DNA of 64,000 nt. It comes from Bacteroidales bacterium. GTDB taxonomy: Bacteria; Bacteroidota; Bacteroidia; Bacteroidales; Muribaculaceae. The stretch spans positions 5,796 through 69,795 of the forward strand of contig SFGS01000002.1 in the NCBI GenBank assembly GCA_004557565.1, read 5' to 3'. The translations under genes were made by a program, and so were the position numbers. Position 1 is the stretch's first letter. Every line of letters begins with the position of its first letter. Under the pieces are notes generated by a model. It did no database searches. It was not told where the DNA came from and saw only the letters and a list, made by a program, of their open reading frames with translations. Shown here one piece after another: positions 27,602 through 36,691 of this stretch.

Positions 27602-29965
27602 TTATTGGATTTTAAATTTTGCGTAACCTAAAAGTAAATTTTTAACTCCTGAATTTTCAAAATCAACGATTATCTTGTGGTCGGAAGATGTATCTATTTG
27701 TTTAATAGTACCATAGCCAAATCGCTGGTGCAAAATAGGTTGTCCAACATGCAATTCTGCTACAGTATGGGTGGTGTAACCACCTCGTGAACTTGCTGCC
27801 GATGGTGTGTGCGCCTGTTTCGCCACAGCCTGATTGATAGGCGTGAGTTTTGTGGGCATAACACTTACTTTTGCTTTCGTTTCGTTGGGACTTGACGAAG
27901 CAAAAGTATTGACAAAATGCCCGCTTGGTCGGCTTGATGGTCGGTCCTGCTCCATAAATGAAGGTCTGCCGATTTTCTCCACGTATTTGCTGTCGATTTC
28001 TTCAATGAACGGGCTTGGATTTGCTGGTGTCAATTTGCCATTTATCGTGTGCTGCGACGCGTGGGTGATGATGCAGTTTTCCTTCGCTCTGGTGATTGCC
28101 ACATACATCAATCGCCTTTCTTCTTCTATTCCAGCCAATGAGTCTTTGCTCTTGGTAGATGGGAAGAAATCGTTTTCAGCGCCGAAAATAACCACATTCG
28201 AGAATTCCAAACCTTTTGCAGCATGAACGGTCATGAGCGTTACGGCGTTAGCGTGATCTGTGTCCTTGTCTTGATCGGTGGCGAGCGATACATCAGTCAT
28301 AAAGTCGCACAGCGAAGTGTTGCCGCCCTCCATTTCCAATTGGTTTTTAACAAACATTTCAGCACTTGCCACCAATTCCTCCAAGTTCTGCACACGGCTC
28401 ACATTTTCAGGTGTGTTGTCGTTGGCAAGCACTTCAATCAATCCCGATTGGCCAATGATTTCTTTCACCATTTCGTGCGCATTGGCTGTTTCTGAATTGC
28501 GCTCTATCAATGTGCTGATTAAAGATTTAAATTCACCCAGTTTTGATAGTGTGCCTTTATTCAATTTCACTCCGCACAATCCAGTTTTTGTCAATACGCC
28601 CCAAATACTGAGGTTAAACTCGTTGGCCGCTGCTTGGAGTTTGTTGATGGTGGTTTGACCAATACTGCGTTTTGGATAGTTGATTACACGCCTTAACGCC
28701 TCGTCGTCGTTGGGATTCAGCACCAAGCGGAAATATGCCACAGCGTCTTTCACTTCCTTTCTTTGATAGAACGCCGTGCCACCGTAAATGCGGTAGGGGA
28801 TAGGCATTCGTGTGTTGCCGTGGGTGTCTTTTGCACCGCCCGAAGAAAAAGCACGCTCCAAAATGCGTGATTGTGCATTGGTGCGGTAGAGCACGGCAAA
28901 GTCGTTCCAACTGTACGACATGCGCTGTTTCAGACCAAGTATGGTGTTGGCTATGTAAAAAGCCTCATCATAATCGCTTTGAAATTGCTTAATCTTAATT
29001 TTTGAACCTTCTGGATTCTCAGAGAAAAGCGATTTCTTGATTTGTGAGGTGTTTTTTTCAATCAGAGAATTTGCTGCAAGTGTGATATTTTGTGTCGAAC
29101 GGTAGTTCTGTTCAAGTCGGAATATCTTCAGTTTTGGGTATCTTTTAGTGAGCGAAAGAATATTATTGATATTCGCGCCACGGAACGAGTAGATGCTTTG
29201 TGCGTCGTCACCCACAGCGAATATGGATTGGTGATTTTTCGCTAATTGATACACGATATTGTCTTGCGCAAAGTTCGTGTCTTGATATTCGTCGATAAGC
29301 ACCGTTTTGAAAAACTCTTGATATTGCTTCAGTACATCGGGATGGTCGCGGAAAAGAATGTTTGTGTAAAAAAGCAAATCGTCAAAATCCATTGCGCCAG
29401 CTATGCGGCAGCGTTCCCAATATTGGAGATATATTTCCGCCATTTTGGGGCGTTGGAGTGCTTCATCTTCCTTGATGAACTCTCTTGTGCGCGCATAGTC
29501 GGCAGGGGTGTAGAGCGCATTCTTCATCATCGAAATGCGGTTGAGTACTGCTGATGCCTTATATTGCTTCTCATCAAGTTCTTTCTCTTTGATAATGTGC
29601 TTGATGAGTGATGTGGAATCGTAGGTGTCGTAGATGGTGAAGTCGCTTTTGAAACCGATATGCGACGCATTGAATCTCAAAATTCTTGCAAAAATGGAGT
29701 GGAAAGTGCCCATCCACAATTTCGCCGCCACTTCATCGCCCACGAGCAGTGAGATGCGCTCACGCATTTCTTTAGCCGCTTTGTTGGTGAATGTGAGTGC
29801 CAATATCTGGTGTGGCTTGTAGCCGTTGTTGAGCAGATGTATGATTTTATAGGTGAGAACGCGTGTCTTACCCGAACCGGCACCAGCAATTACGAGTTGT
29901 GGACCGTCGCAGTATGTGACAGCATCTCTCTGTTGTGGGTTAAGTTTTGACAAATAATTATCCAA
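27602..29965 (-). CDS. uvrD: UvrD/PcrA SF1 DNA helicase (TTG start)
   Basis: AGAGSGKTRV, TFTNKAA, DEYQD, VGDDAQSIYSFRGA, LEQNYRST, HAAKGLEF, EERRLMYVAITRA and C-terminal Tudor-like domain (HQRFGYG). Confidence 0.95.
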   Translation of the reverse strand: MDNYLSKLNPQQRDAVTYCDGPQLVIAGAGSGKTRVLTYKIIHLLNNGYKPHQILALTFTNKAAKEMRERISLLVGDEVAAKLWMGTFHSIFARILRFNASHIGFKSDFTIYDTYDSTSLIKHIIKEKELDEKQYKASAVLNRISMMKNALYTPADYARTREFIKEDEALQRPKMAEIYLQYWERCRIAGAMDFDDLLFYTNILFRDHPDVLKQYQEFFKTVLIDEYQDTNFAQDNIVYQLAKNHQSIFAVGDDAQSIYSFRGANINNILSLTKRYPKLKIFRLEQNYRSTQNITLAANSLIEKNTSQIKKSLFSENPEGSKIKIKQFQSDYDEAFYIANTILGLKQRMSYSWNDFAVLYRTNAQSRILERAFSSGGAKDTHGNTRMPIPYRIYGGTAFYQRKEVKDAVAYFRLVLNPNDDEALRRVINYPKRSIGQTTINKLQAAANEFNLSIWGVLTKTGLCGVKLNKGTLSKLGEFKSLISTLIERNSETANAHEMVKEIIGQSGLIEVLANDNTPENVSRVQNLEELVASAEMFVKNQLEMEGGNTSLCDFMTDVSLATDQDKDTDHANAVTLMTVHAAKGLEFSNVVIFGAENDFFPSTKSKDSLAGIEEERRLMYVAITRAKENCIITHASQHTINGKLTPANPSPFIEEIDSKYVEKIGRPSFMEQDRPSSRPSGHFVNTFASSSPNETKAKVSVMPTKLTPINQAVAKQAHTPSAASSRGGYTTHTVAELHVGQPILHQRFGYGTIKQIDTSSDHKIIVDFENSGVKNLLLGYAKFKIQ

Positions 29966-29980
29966 AATGAGTGTCAGTTT

Positions 29981-30430
29981 TTATATTTCAGAATAATTTG
30001 GAATATCTCTAAGGAATGAATATGAATTGTTTTCATAGTCGATTTTGCAACAGTAATGCTGCAAGCCGTTCGACACGATAAGGCATTTCGCTTTCATCAC
30101 CATGTTGTATCTCACAATCTGGTCAAACACGCTTTGTGTGATTGGAATCGACGGAGCTTTATACTCCACTATCACGAAAGGGTTTCCCTCGATGTCGGCA
30201 ACGAGGGTGTCGCACCGGCGCTTGATGCCGTTTTGCAAGAGCGACACTTCATTTCCCATCAACGCCGTGGGGAATTGTTTTTCTTCAATCAGAAAGCGCA
30301 CAAAATTCTGACGCACCCACTCTTCGGGAGTGAGCGTGATGAATCGTTGGCGAAGATGGTCGAAAATCACCAACGCCCCTTTATCATTCTTTTTTATATT
30401 AAATTGATAATGAGGAAGGTTGAGTTTCAT
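29981..30430 (-). CDS. Standalone type I restriction HsdR N-terminal-like (PD-(D/E)XK) domain protein
   Basis: LNLP, IFDHLR, LTPEEWVRQ, RRCDTLV, IVEYKAP, DQIVRYN and VSNG. Start set at MKLNLP (30430) rather than the upstream TTG. Confidence 0.85.
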   Translation of the reverse strand: MKLNLPHYQFNIKKNDKGALVIFDHLRQRFITLTPEEWVRQNFVRFLIEEKQFPTALMGNEVSLLQNGIKRRCDTLVADIEGNPFVIVEYKAPSIPITQSVFDQIVRYNMVMKAKCLIVSNGLQHYCCKIDYENNSYSFLRDIPNYSEI

Positions 30431-30503
30431 CGTCAAATTTGATTTGCACATATCGTAAATTGATTGTAAATTTAACAAAAAATCGGGTAATATCAGTTAT
30501 ACA

Positions 30504-31550
30504 ATGCCTCCAAAAAAAGAAGAAATCACATATTTTTCGCTCAAAAGAGAAATCGAGCAGAAGCAGTTTCGCCCTATCTATGTGCTCCAGGGTGAAGAGC
30601 CTTATTATATCGACAAGTTGTGCGGCTTGATTGTGGATAATGCGCTCACCGAAGATGAGAAGGCTTTTAACCTCACATTATGCTACGGTGTGGACGTGGA
30701 AATGCGCAATGTGATAGCCGCATGTAAGCAATATCCTGCCATGTCGCAATATCAGGTGGTGGTGCTGAGGGAAGCGCAGAATGTGGGCAAAGCGGGCAAC
30801 AAGCACGCCTCCGAAATCAATATGCTCCAGTTCTATGCCCAAAAGCCATTGGATAGCACCATTCTTGTGATTTGCTATAAAGGAGGCTCCATCAAAGCCA
30901 ATGATTTCACAAAGGAACTGAAAAAGACAAAGGGTGTGGTATATACGTCGAACAAGGTACGGGACTACGAAGTGCCAAAACTTGTGCGTGAATATTGTCG
31001 CTCAATCAATGTGAATATTGAAGAAAAATCGGTGTCGATGCTCGCTGAGCACATTGGCTCTGATTTGTCGCGCCTTTTCGGCGAAATCGACAAACTGAAA
31101 TTGCTGACCGATGCCAAAAACACGATTACGCCCGATTTGATTGAAAGAAACATTGGCTACAGTAAAGAGTTTAATATTTTTGAATTGGAAGATGCCATTG
31201 TTAGTAGAAACCAACTGAAGGCATTCCGCATTGTGGATTATTTTCAGAAAAATCCGAAAAACAATCCGCTTATTCCAGTGCTGGGCAGTTTGTTTAATTT
31301 CTTTACCAATATTCTGCTGATTCAAACGGCTAAGGACCGTTCAGAGGCTGGTTTGATGGAGCAAGTAAATATTCGTTCTCCATTCCGTGTTAAGAAACTC
31401 GCCGAAGCCGCATCATCATTCAGCAAACGCTCTTGCGTGAACATCATCTCGTATATTCGCGAGTGTGATGTAAAAAGTAAAGGTCAAGGCTCACGCCAAG
31501 ACCCTTATGATTTGTTTAAAGAATTGATTTTTAAAATCCTTCACAGCTAA
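30504..31550 (+). CDS. holA: DNA polymerase III subunit delta
   Basis: PIYVLQGEEPYYID, AFNLT, QYPAMS, VVLREAQ, IERNIGYSKEFNIFEL; Bacteroidetes HolA pattern. Confidence 0.9.
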   Translation: MPPKKEEITYFSLKREIEQKQFRPIYVLQGEEPYYIDKLCGLIVDNALTEDEKAFNLTLCYGVDVEMRNVIAACKQYPAMSQYQVVVLREAQNVGKAGNKHASEINMLQFYAQKPLDSTILVICYKGGSIKANDFTKELKKTKGVVYTSNKVRDYEVPKLVREYCRSINVNIEEKSVSMLAEHIGSDLSRLFGEIDKLKLLTDAKNTITPDLIERNIGYSKEFNIFELEDAIVSRNQLKAFRIVDYFQKNPKNNPLIPVLGSLFNFFTNILLIQTAKDRSEAGLMEQVNIRSPFRVKKLAEAASSFSKRSCVNIISYIRECDVKSKGQGSRQDPYDLFKELIFKILHS

Positions 31551-31565
31551 ACCCAAATCGGTCAT

Positions 31566-32255
31566 TTATTTTATGCGGTAGTAGTAGCCGAGTGTCAGCA
31601 TAATCGACATGGAATTTGAGCCCGAAAATGGGTCTGTCTTTTTGCTGGAGAACACGTTGTTCAATCCGTAATAGAATCTGCCTTCCAAGTTGAAAGAGTG
31701 CTTTCTGTTCATTATCCACTCAATACCTGCGCCAGCCGAAATGCCATAATCAAATTTGTTCTTTATGGGCAATGTGAGCTGGTCGTTATACCTGTTTTGT
31801 GTGGGGAAGTCAGGCACATTCGCGATGTTGTTGTAATCAAAATTGGAGCTGGTTTTGGTTGCAATCATATATCCAATTTCTGGACCTGCATTGAAAAATC
31901 CCTTGAAATGATTGCTGCTGAAGTAGATGTGCGTGAGCACAGGGATTTGAATGTAGGTGAGTTGCTTGTTGAACTGAAATGATGTGCCTTCATACTTCTC
32001 TTTCCAGCCGCGCTGCTCAATGTTGAATTCTGCAATCAATCCGAAATTCTTCTCCTCTGCATATCGGAATGTGGCACCTATCATCAATCCACCTTGCATA
32101 TTCTGTGGCACAGATGGATTAAATGCCAATTTCGACATGGTGTAGCCACCCTTCGCACCAATTGCAATGTTTGGCTCATAATGGTTTTGTGCCAAAATTG
32201 CGATTGGCACTAAAAGTGCTGAAATCAGTAATATGATTTTATTTGTTATTTGCAT
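31566..32255 (-). CDS. Outer-membrane beta-barrel, porin/PorT-like family
   Basis: Signal peptide, IGAKGG, EQRGW, YIQIP, FNAGP, EGRFYYGL and an aromatic terminal strand (LGYYYRIK). Confidence 0.75.
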   Translation of the reverse strand: MQITNKIILLISALLVPIAILAQNHYEPNIAIGAKGGYTMSKLAFNPSVPQNMQGGLMIGATFRYAEEKNFGLIAEFNIEQRGWKEKYEGTSFQFNKQLTYIQIPVLTHIYFSSNHFKGFFNAGPEIGYMIATKTSSNFDYNNIANVPDFPTQNRYNDQLTLPIKNKFDYGISAGAGIEWIMNRKHSFNLEGRFYYGLNNVFSSKKTDPFSGSNSMSIMLTLGYYYRIK

Positions 32256-34246
32256 TATTTAATGATACTTTCTGTGGCTTTACTGCCATTAAAATGTACG
32301 AGTTCAACACATTTGTTGATATATCCACTCCAGTTGCTGCTGCGTTGCAATTCAATGTCCATCTGCACGCCGTCGAAGTATTTCTGTGAGGTGGCAAATG
32401 AGCCCTCGTTTGCTAATGTGGAGATGATATATGAGCCAAGGTCGAAGCCAAGTATGCCCAGTGATGGAGTAGTGGGAATCATGTATTCACCGTAGGCTGC
32501 CTTAAACTTATTCTTGATGTCGGCACCTCTTTTATCGTTTGCAATGAAGAATCGTGAATACACATAGCTGTCAATTTTTTGTAAAGAGGCTTTCATACCC
32601 TTTGAAGCAAGGTATTCAGGGTGTCCGAGCAAACAGATTTCACAGTCAAAGCGTTTTTCCTTTGCCTCAACAAGAGCATCGGAGATTTTGGTGAAGAACT
32701 GCTTTGTTGAAGATGTAGGGATAAACAAATAGTTTGTGCCTGGATCCATGAATGATGAAACGGTTTCAAAATCCAATGGATTGCTAACGTCGATAGTGTG
32801 CGACTTGATTTTGTGCGATTTAAGATGCTGCTTCACATCTGAAATGATTTCAGCATCTTCACCGCTGGTGTCTCTCAAGAACACCACCTCGTAGTCTTTG
32901 AATTTGGTTGAAATCATTTCGTTCACAGTCGATGCCAAAAACGATGCTGGCATATTCAGCTGGATAATCATTGGGTTCGACGCATAGTCCTCGTTCTTTG
33001 AAGAGAAGCAGTTGATGATGCACACATTGTTTTTCTTGCCAAATTCGTTGCATCTTTCAAGTTGCTTAGGTTCGGATGGAGCGATAATCACGTCCATTTT
33101 TTTCATTACGTCTAATGCAAGAATGCTGTCGGTGACATTCAAATTGTTCTGAGTGTCGTAAACGTTGATATTTACTTTCTTGTTTGCGTTTTTGCCGATT
33201 GAGTCCACTGCCAATAAGAATCCGTTGTAGAAATCGGTGTAAAGGAAGGCTTGGCGTGGTGGGTTTTGCTTTTGAAGTTGGAATGGCAGAATGATGGCGA
33301 TGTTGATTACTCCGTCAACTTTAGCCTTATATGCTTTTTGGAAAATGTCGCCGAGTTGGTTGGCATAGGTTCGCTCCAGTTGCTTCTCTGTTGCATCGGT
33401 GCTATTCACAGTTCTGGTAGTGATACATTCTTTTGGAATATACACAGTCTTGCCTTTTTTCACTTTCTTCATGTCTGGGTTAGCGGCTTTCAGTTCTTCA
33501 ACGCTTACGTTGTTCGCCTTAGCGATTGATTCGTAAGTGTCGTTCTTCGCTACCACATAACTCATCATCTGCTTCACATCTTTTTGGATAGTGATGTTGG
33601 TGGGTGTGTTGGGGATAATCTTGATTACATCACCCTCGATAAAGTTGTTTGGATAAATACCGGGGTTGATGGCAAGCAGGTTTTCAATAGTGGTGTTGTA
33701 CTGCTTAGCCACGCTATACATTGATTCTCCCTTTTGAATAGTGTGGAAAACGGCATCGCCCGTAGTAGGTGTGCTTGTGGTTGCTGTTGTGGCGCTTCCT
33801 TGTTGGTTTACAGGGATGATGATGTCGTCGCCTTCTTTGAGGTTGTTATAGCAGTTTGGGTTGGCAGCCACGAGGTCGTCAACCGTCACGTTATAAATTC
33901 GGGCAATGCCGTAAAGACTTTGTCCTTTTTTCACTTGAAGCACCACTTTCTGCTTAGCGACTGTGACTGTGCCTTTCTTGTTGTCGGTGAAATCAGCAAC
34001 AGGGAAAAACAGCAACTGCTTTTTAGTTACGCCTTGCGCCGCAGAAGGGTTGTAAAGAATAATGTCTTCAACAGGGATTCCGAGTTTGTGCGAAATGCCG
34101 TTAAGAGTTTCTTTACCTTTTACTTTATATAAATAATAAGATTCACCTCCCAGCACCTTTGTTGGAAGATTCAATTTTACTTTTGCTGATAGCGATGCGC
34201 ACAAAAGAATGCACATAAAAGTGAGTACATAACGTAACCTTTTCAT
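32255..34246 (-). CDS. Periplasmic protein with 4 LysM domains + C-terminal type 1 periplasmic-binding-fold domain
   Basis: Signal peptide from MKRLRY, then four LysM repeats (KVKGKETL, VKKGQSLY, IQKGESMY, VAKNDTYE), then NIAIILPF..DFYNGFLLAVD..NVYDT..GFDLG. Confidence 0.85.
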   Translation of the reverse strand: MKRLRYVLTFMCILLCASLSAKVKLNLPTKVLGGESYYLYKVKGKETLNGISHKLGIPVEDIILYNPSAAQGVTKKQLLFFPVADFTDNKKGTVTVAKQKVVLQVKKGQSLYGIARIYNVTVDDLVAANPNCYNNLKEGDDIIIPVNQQGSATTATTSTPTTGDAVFHTIQKGESMYSVAKQYNTTIENLLAINPGIYPNNFIEGDVIKIIPNTPTNITIQKDVKQMMSYVVAKNDTYESIAKANNVSVEELKAANPDMKKVKKGKTVYIPKECITTRTVNSTDATEKQLERTYANQLGDIFQKAYKAKVDGVINIAIILPFQLQKQNPPRQAFLYTDFYNGFLLAVDSIGKNANKKVNINVYDTQNNLNVTDSILALDVMKKMDVIIAPSEPKQLERCNEFGKKNNVCIINCFSSKNEDYASNPMIIQLNMPASFLASTVNEMISTKFKDYEVVFLRDTSGEDAEIISDVKQHLKSHKIKSHTIDVSNPLDFETVSSFMDPGTNYLFIPTSSTKQFFTKISDALVEAKEKRFDCEICLLGHPEYLASKGMKASLQKIDSYVYSRFFIANDKRGADIKNKFKAAYGEYMIPTTPSLGILGFDLGSYIISTLANEGSFATSQKYFDGVQMDIELQRSSNWSGYINKCVELVHFNGSKATESIIK

Positions 34247-34282
34247 TTTATCAGTAATTATAGTTTGTAAGTCAATATTATG

Positions 34283-34290
34283 CAAAGATA
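34283..34290 (-). promoter_or_regulatory. -7 box (TATCTTTG) for the LysM/porin pair
   Basis: Plus-strand CAAAGATA in the dnaG-LysM gap. Confidence 0.65.
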
Positions 34291-34313
34291 AGAAAAATAT
34301 TGATAGTTTTCTA

Positions 34314-36566
34314 TTAATTCAAATTTTTAGGATTGACAACGCGCTCGCCAGTAAGTTTTGCCAACTCCTTTCTATATGTTGTTAATTCTTGTATCTTTTT
34401 GAGAATCTCAAATTGTCGATCGATTGTTGCTGATTTCAGCTCGGTTTCCAATTGTGAAATCTTTATTTCAATGATGGTTAGCTTCCAGTTGAAGAGTGAT
34501 GCAGAAACCAATGCCAACAGCCTTTGCGAATCCATGTGCTGAGAGAACATCTCTGCGTGGATTTTGCTGAGGCTGTGCTTTGGCAGGCAAATCTCATTCA
34601 CAATCTCGCGAACATCGTCGTCGGGGTGTGAACTCAAATGCTTGAAAATGAAATCCTGACGATATTCCGAAATCTCATTTTCAAATTGAGCATCAACGGA
34701 TTGTTTTGCCTCTTCCTCTTTCCTTTCAATCTCTGCCACATTACCCTCAAATGACGAGCGAAATTGCTCAATCTCCTGCGTGTATAATTGGTGCTTTTTC
34801 TCCTCTACCGATTGCATGAAGTTGCTGAAAGCCACGGTGAAATCGCTGAACAGTTCTTGACAAAGTTTGTATAGCTTTTGATACAGTGGAATGGTGAAGC
34901 GGTGGTTGTCGTCGGTGATCTCTTTTGTGAGCCATTCAATAACCGTGAGTTGCTCATATTCAAAAATGAATGAGCAGCCATATTTTACCATATATTGTAT
35001 CACCTCATATTCGCATTTCTGCAAAGCACTTTCGTGCGCGGATGGTTGTTGCTGAAATGATGGTGCAGGTTGAGGCACAGGTGGTTGCGTAGCAGGAACC
35101 TCTTGTGGATAACTTGCTGGAGGTATATTTACATCGAAGGGAGGCGGTGGAAGTGGATCACCTTGCCCAGAAACTTCCACAGCAGTTGTAGCAGCTTCAG
35201 CCTTTCTTTTTGCATCAAGTTCGCGTTGTTTACGTTCTCTTTCTTCGTTTTTCCAATCTTCCTCTTTGATTTGCGCCCTGTATCTTTCTATTTGGTTGAC
35301 AATCACACTTTCTGAAAGGTGGAACTTGTTTACACACACTTGTGCGTAAACATTGCGAGTGATTTGGTTTGGAATGTTTGCCACAGAGCGTAACACCGAT
35401 TCTATTGCCTTGGCTCTTGCTATCGGGTCGCGCTCGCAGTCTTTCAGAAGCACATCGGTTTTGAAATCAATGAAGTCTTGTTCGTTTTGATTGATGTAAT
35501 CAGTGATTTCTGATGCGCTATGGTTTTGTGCGAAACTGTCGGGGTCTTCGGGCGAGGGCAGAACCAGAACTTTGATATTCAGGTCTTGCTTGAGCAGCAT
35601 GTCCACGCCCTTAATTGCCGCCTTGATGCCGGCCTCATCACCGTCGAACAGTTCAGTTACGTTGTTCGTGAGATTACGAATGGTGTAAATGTGCTCTTTG
35701 GTGAGTGCAGTGCCAGAGGTGGCAATCACATTTTTGAATCCTGCTTGGTGCATAGAAATTACATCGGCATAACCTTCCACAATAAAGCATTTGTCAAGCT
35801 TGGCGATTTCACGCTTCGCTTGCGCCAGACCGTAGATGGTTTTGCGCTTGTGGTAGATGGGTGATTCTGGGGAGTTGATGTATTTAGCGTGGTGATTATG
35901 TAGCGTTCTGCCGCCAAATGCCACCACTTTTCCCGACTTGGTGAAGATGGGGAAAATCACCCTGCCTTTAAATTTGTCGTACCAGTGTCCTCTGTCGTCT
36001 TTACCACAAAGCCCCACTTTTATGAGCAGTTCCTCATTATAACCGGCTTTCACCGCCGCATCATGCAAAGCGGTGGACTTGTCGGGGCTATATCCTAAAT
36101 GGAAATTGTGGATTGATTCGTCGCTGAAACCTCTTTCTCGGAAGTAGCTAAGTCCAACGTCCACGCCTTCTTGTGTTTCGTGGAGTTGCTTTTCAAAGAA
36201 ACCCATGGCAAACTCATTGATAACGAACATACTTTCCTGCTCGGATTGCTGTTGGCGTTCTTCATCAGTGATTTCTTTTTCTTCAATTTCGATGTGGTAT
36301 TTATTGGCAAGGTATCGTAGCGCTTCGGGATAACTCATGTTCTCTATCTTCATGATAAAGTTCACTGGGCTGCCTCCTTCTCCACAGCTAAAGCATTTGC
36401 AGAACCCTTTTGTTCGGGTAACATAAAATGATGGCTTACGGTCGTTGTGAAATGGGCATAAACCTACCCAGTTGGCACCTCTTTTTTTGAGGGCAACGTA
36501 ATCACTTACCACATCAACAATATCTGCGGCATCAAGAATTTTCTCAACAGTTTGGCGATCAATCAT
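34314..36566 (-). CDS. dnaG: DNA primase
   Basis: CHC2 zinc finger (CPFH..CFSC), FGGR, KYINSPES, TOPRIM (VEGYADV, FDGDEAG) and DPD. ATG at 36566 (MIDRQ). Confidence 0.96.
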   Translation of the reverse strand: MIDRQTVEKILDAADIVDVVSDYVALKKRGANWVGLCPFHNDRKPSFYVTRTKGFCKCFSCGEGGSPVNFIMKIENMSYPEALRYLANKYHIEIEEKEITDEERQQQSEQESMFVINEFAMGFFEKQLHETQEGVDVGLSYFRERGFSDESIHNFHLGYSPDKSTALHDAAVKAGYNEELLIKVGLCGKDDRGHWYDKFKGRVIFPIFTKSGKVVAFGGRTLHNHHAKYINSPESPIYHKRKTIYGLAQAKREIAKLDKCFIVEGYADVISMHQAGFKNVIATSGTALTKEHIYTIRNLTNNVTELFDGDEAGIKAAIKGVDMLLKQDLNIKVLVLPSPEDPDSFAQNHSASEITDYINQNEQDFIDFKTDVLLKDCERDPIARAKAIESVLRSVANIPNQITRNVYAQVCVNKFHLSESVIVNQIERYRAQIKEEDWKNEERERKQRELDAKRKAEAATTAVEVSGQGDPLPPPPFDVNIPPASYPQEVPATQPPVPQPAPSFQQQPSAHESALQKCEYEVIQYMVKYGCSFIFEYEQLTVIEWLTKEITDDNHRFTIPLYQKLYKLCQELFSDFTVAFSNFMQSVEEKKHQLYTQEIEQFRSSFEGNVAEIERKEEEAKQSVDAQFENEISEYRQDFIFKHLSSHPDDDVREIVNEICLPKHSLSKIHAEMFSQHMDSQRLLALVSASLFNWKLTIIEIKISQLETELKSATIDRQFEILKKIQELTTYRKELAKLTGERVVNPKNLN

Positions 36567-36593
36567 GTTTTTCAAATTGTCACTATACTATTA

Positions 36594-36601
36594 CAAAGTT
36601 A
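36594..36601 (-). promoter_or_regulatory. -7 box (TAACTTTG) for dnaG
   Basis: Plus-strand CAAAGTTA between the mutase terminator and the dnaG start. Confidence 0.65.
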
Positions 36602-36636
36602 CTAATTTTTCAAGGATTAATTAGTAAATAGGAATG

Positions 36637-36669
36637 AAAAAAGTCCGCACAGCGTTGTGCGGACTTTTT
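36637..36669 (-). terminator. Intrinsic terminator after the methylmalonyl-CoA mutase operon
   Basis: aaaaaagtccgcac-agcgtt-gtgcggacttttt, a strong stem with A and T tails. Confidence 0.85.
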
Positions 36670-36691
36670 AAAGAATGATATGACGTGATTA

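Noticed and set aside
27602..30430. Type I R-M or Gabija-like defence system
   Set aside because: No hsdM/hsdS or OLD/TOPRIM nuclease is present, the helicase is a full housekeeping PcrA/UvrD with a Tudor tail, and the context is core genome. Kept only as the weaker in-frame observation.
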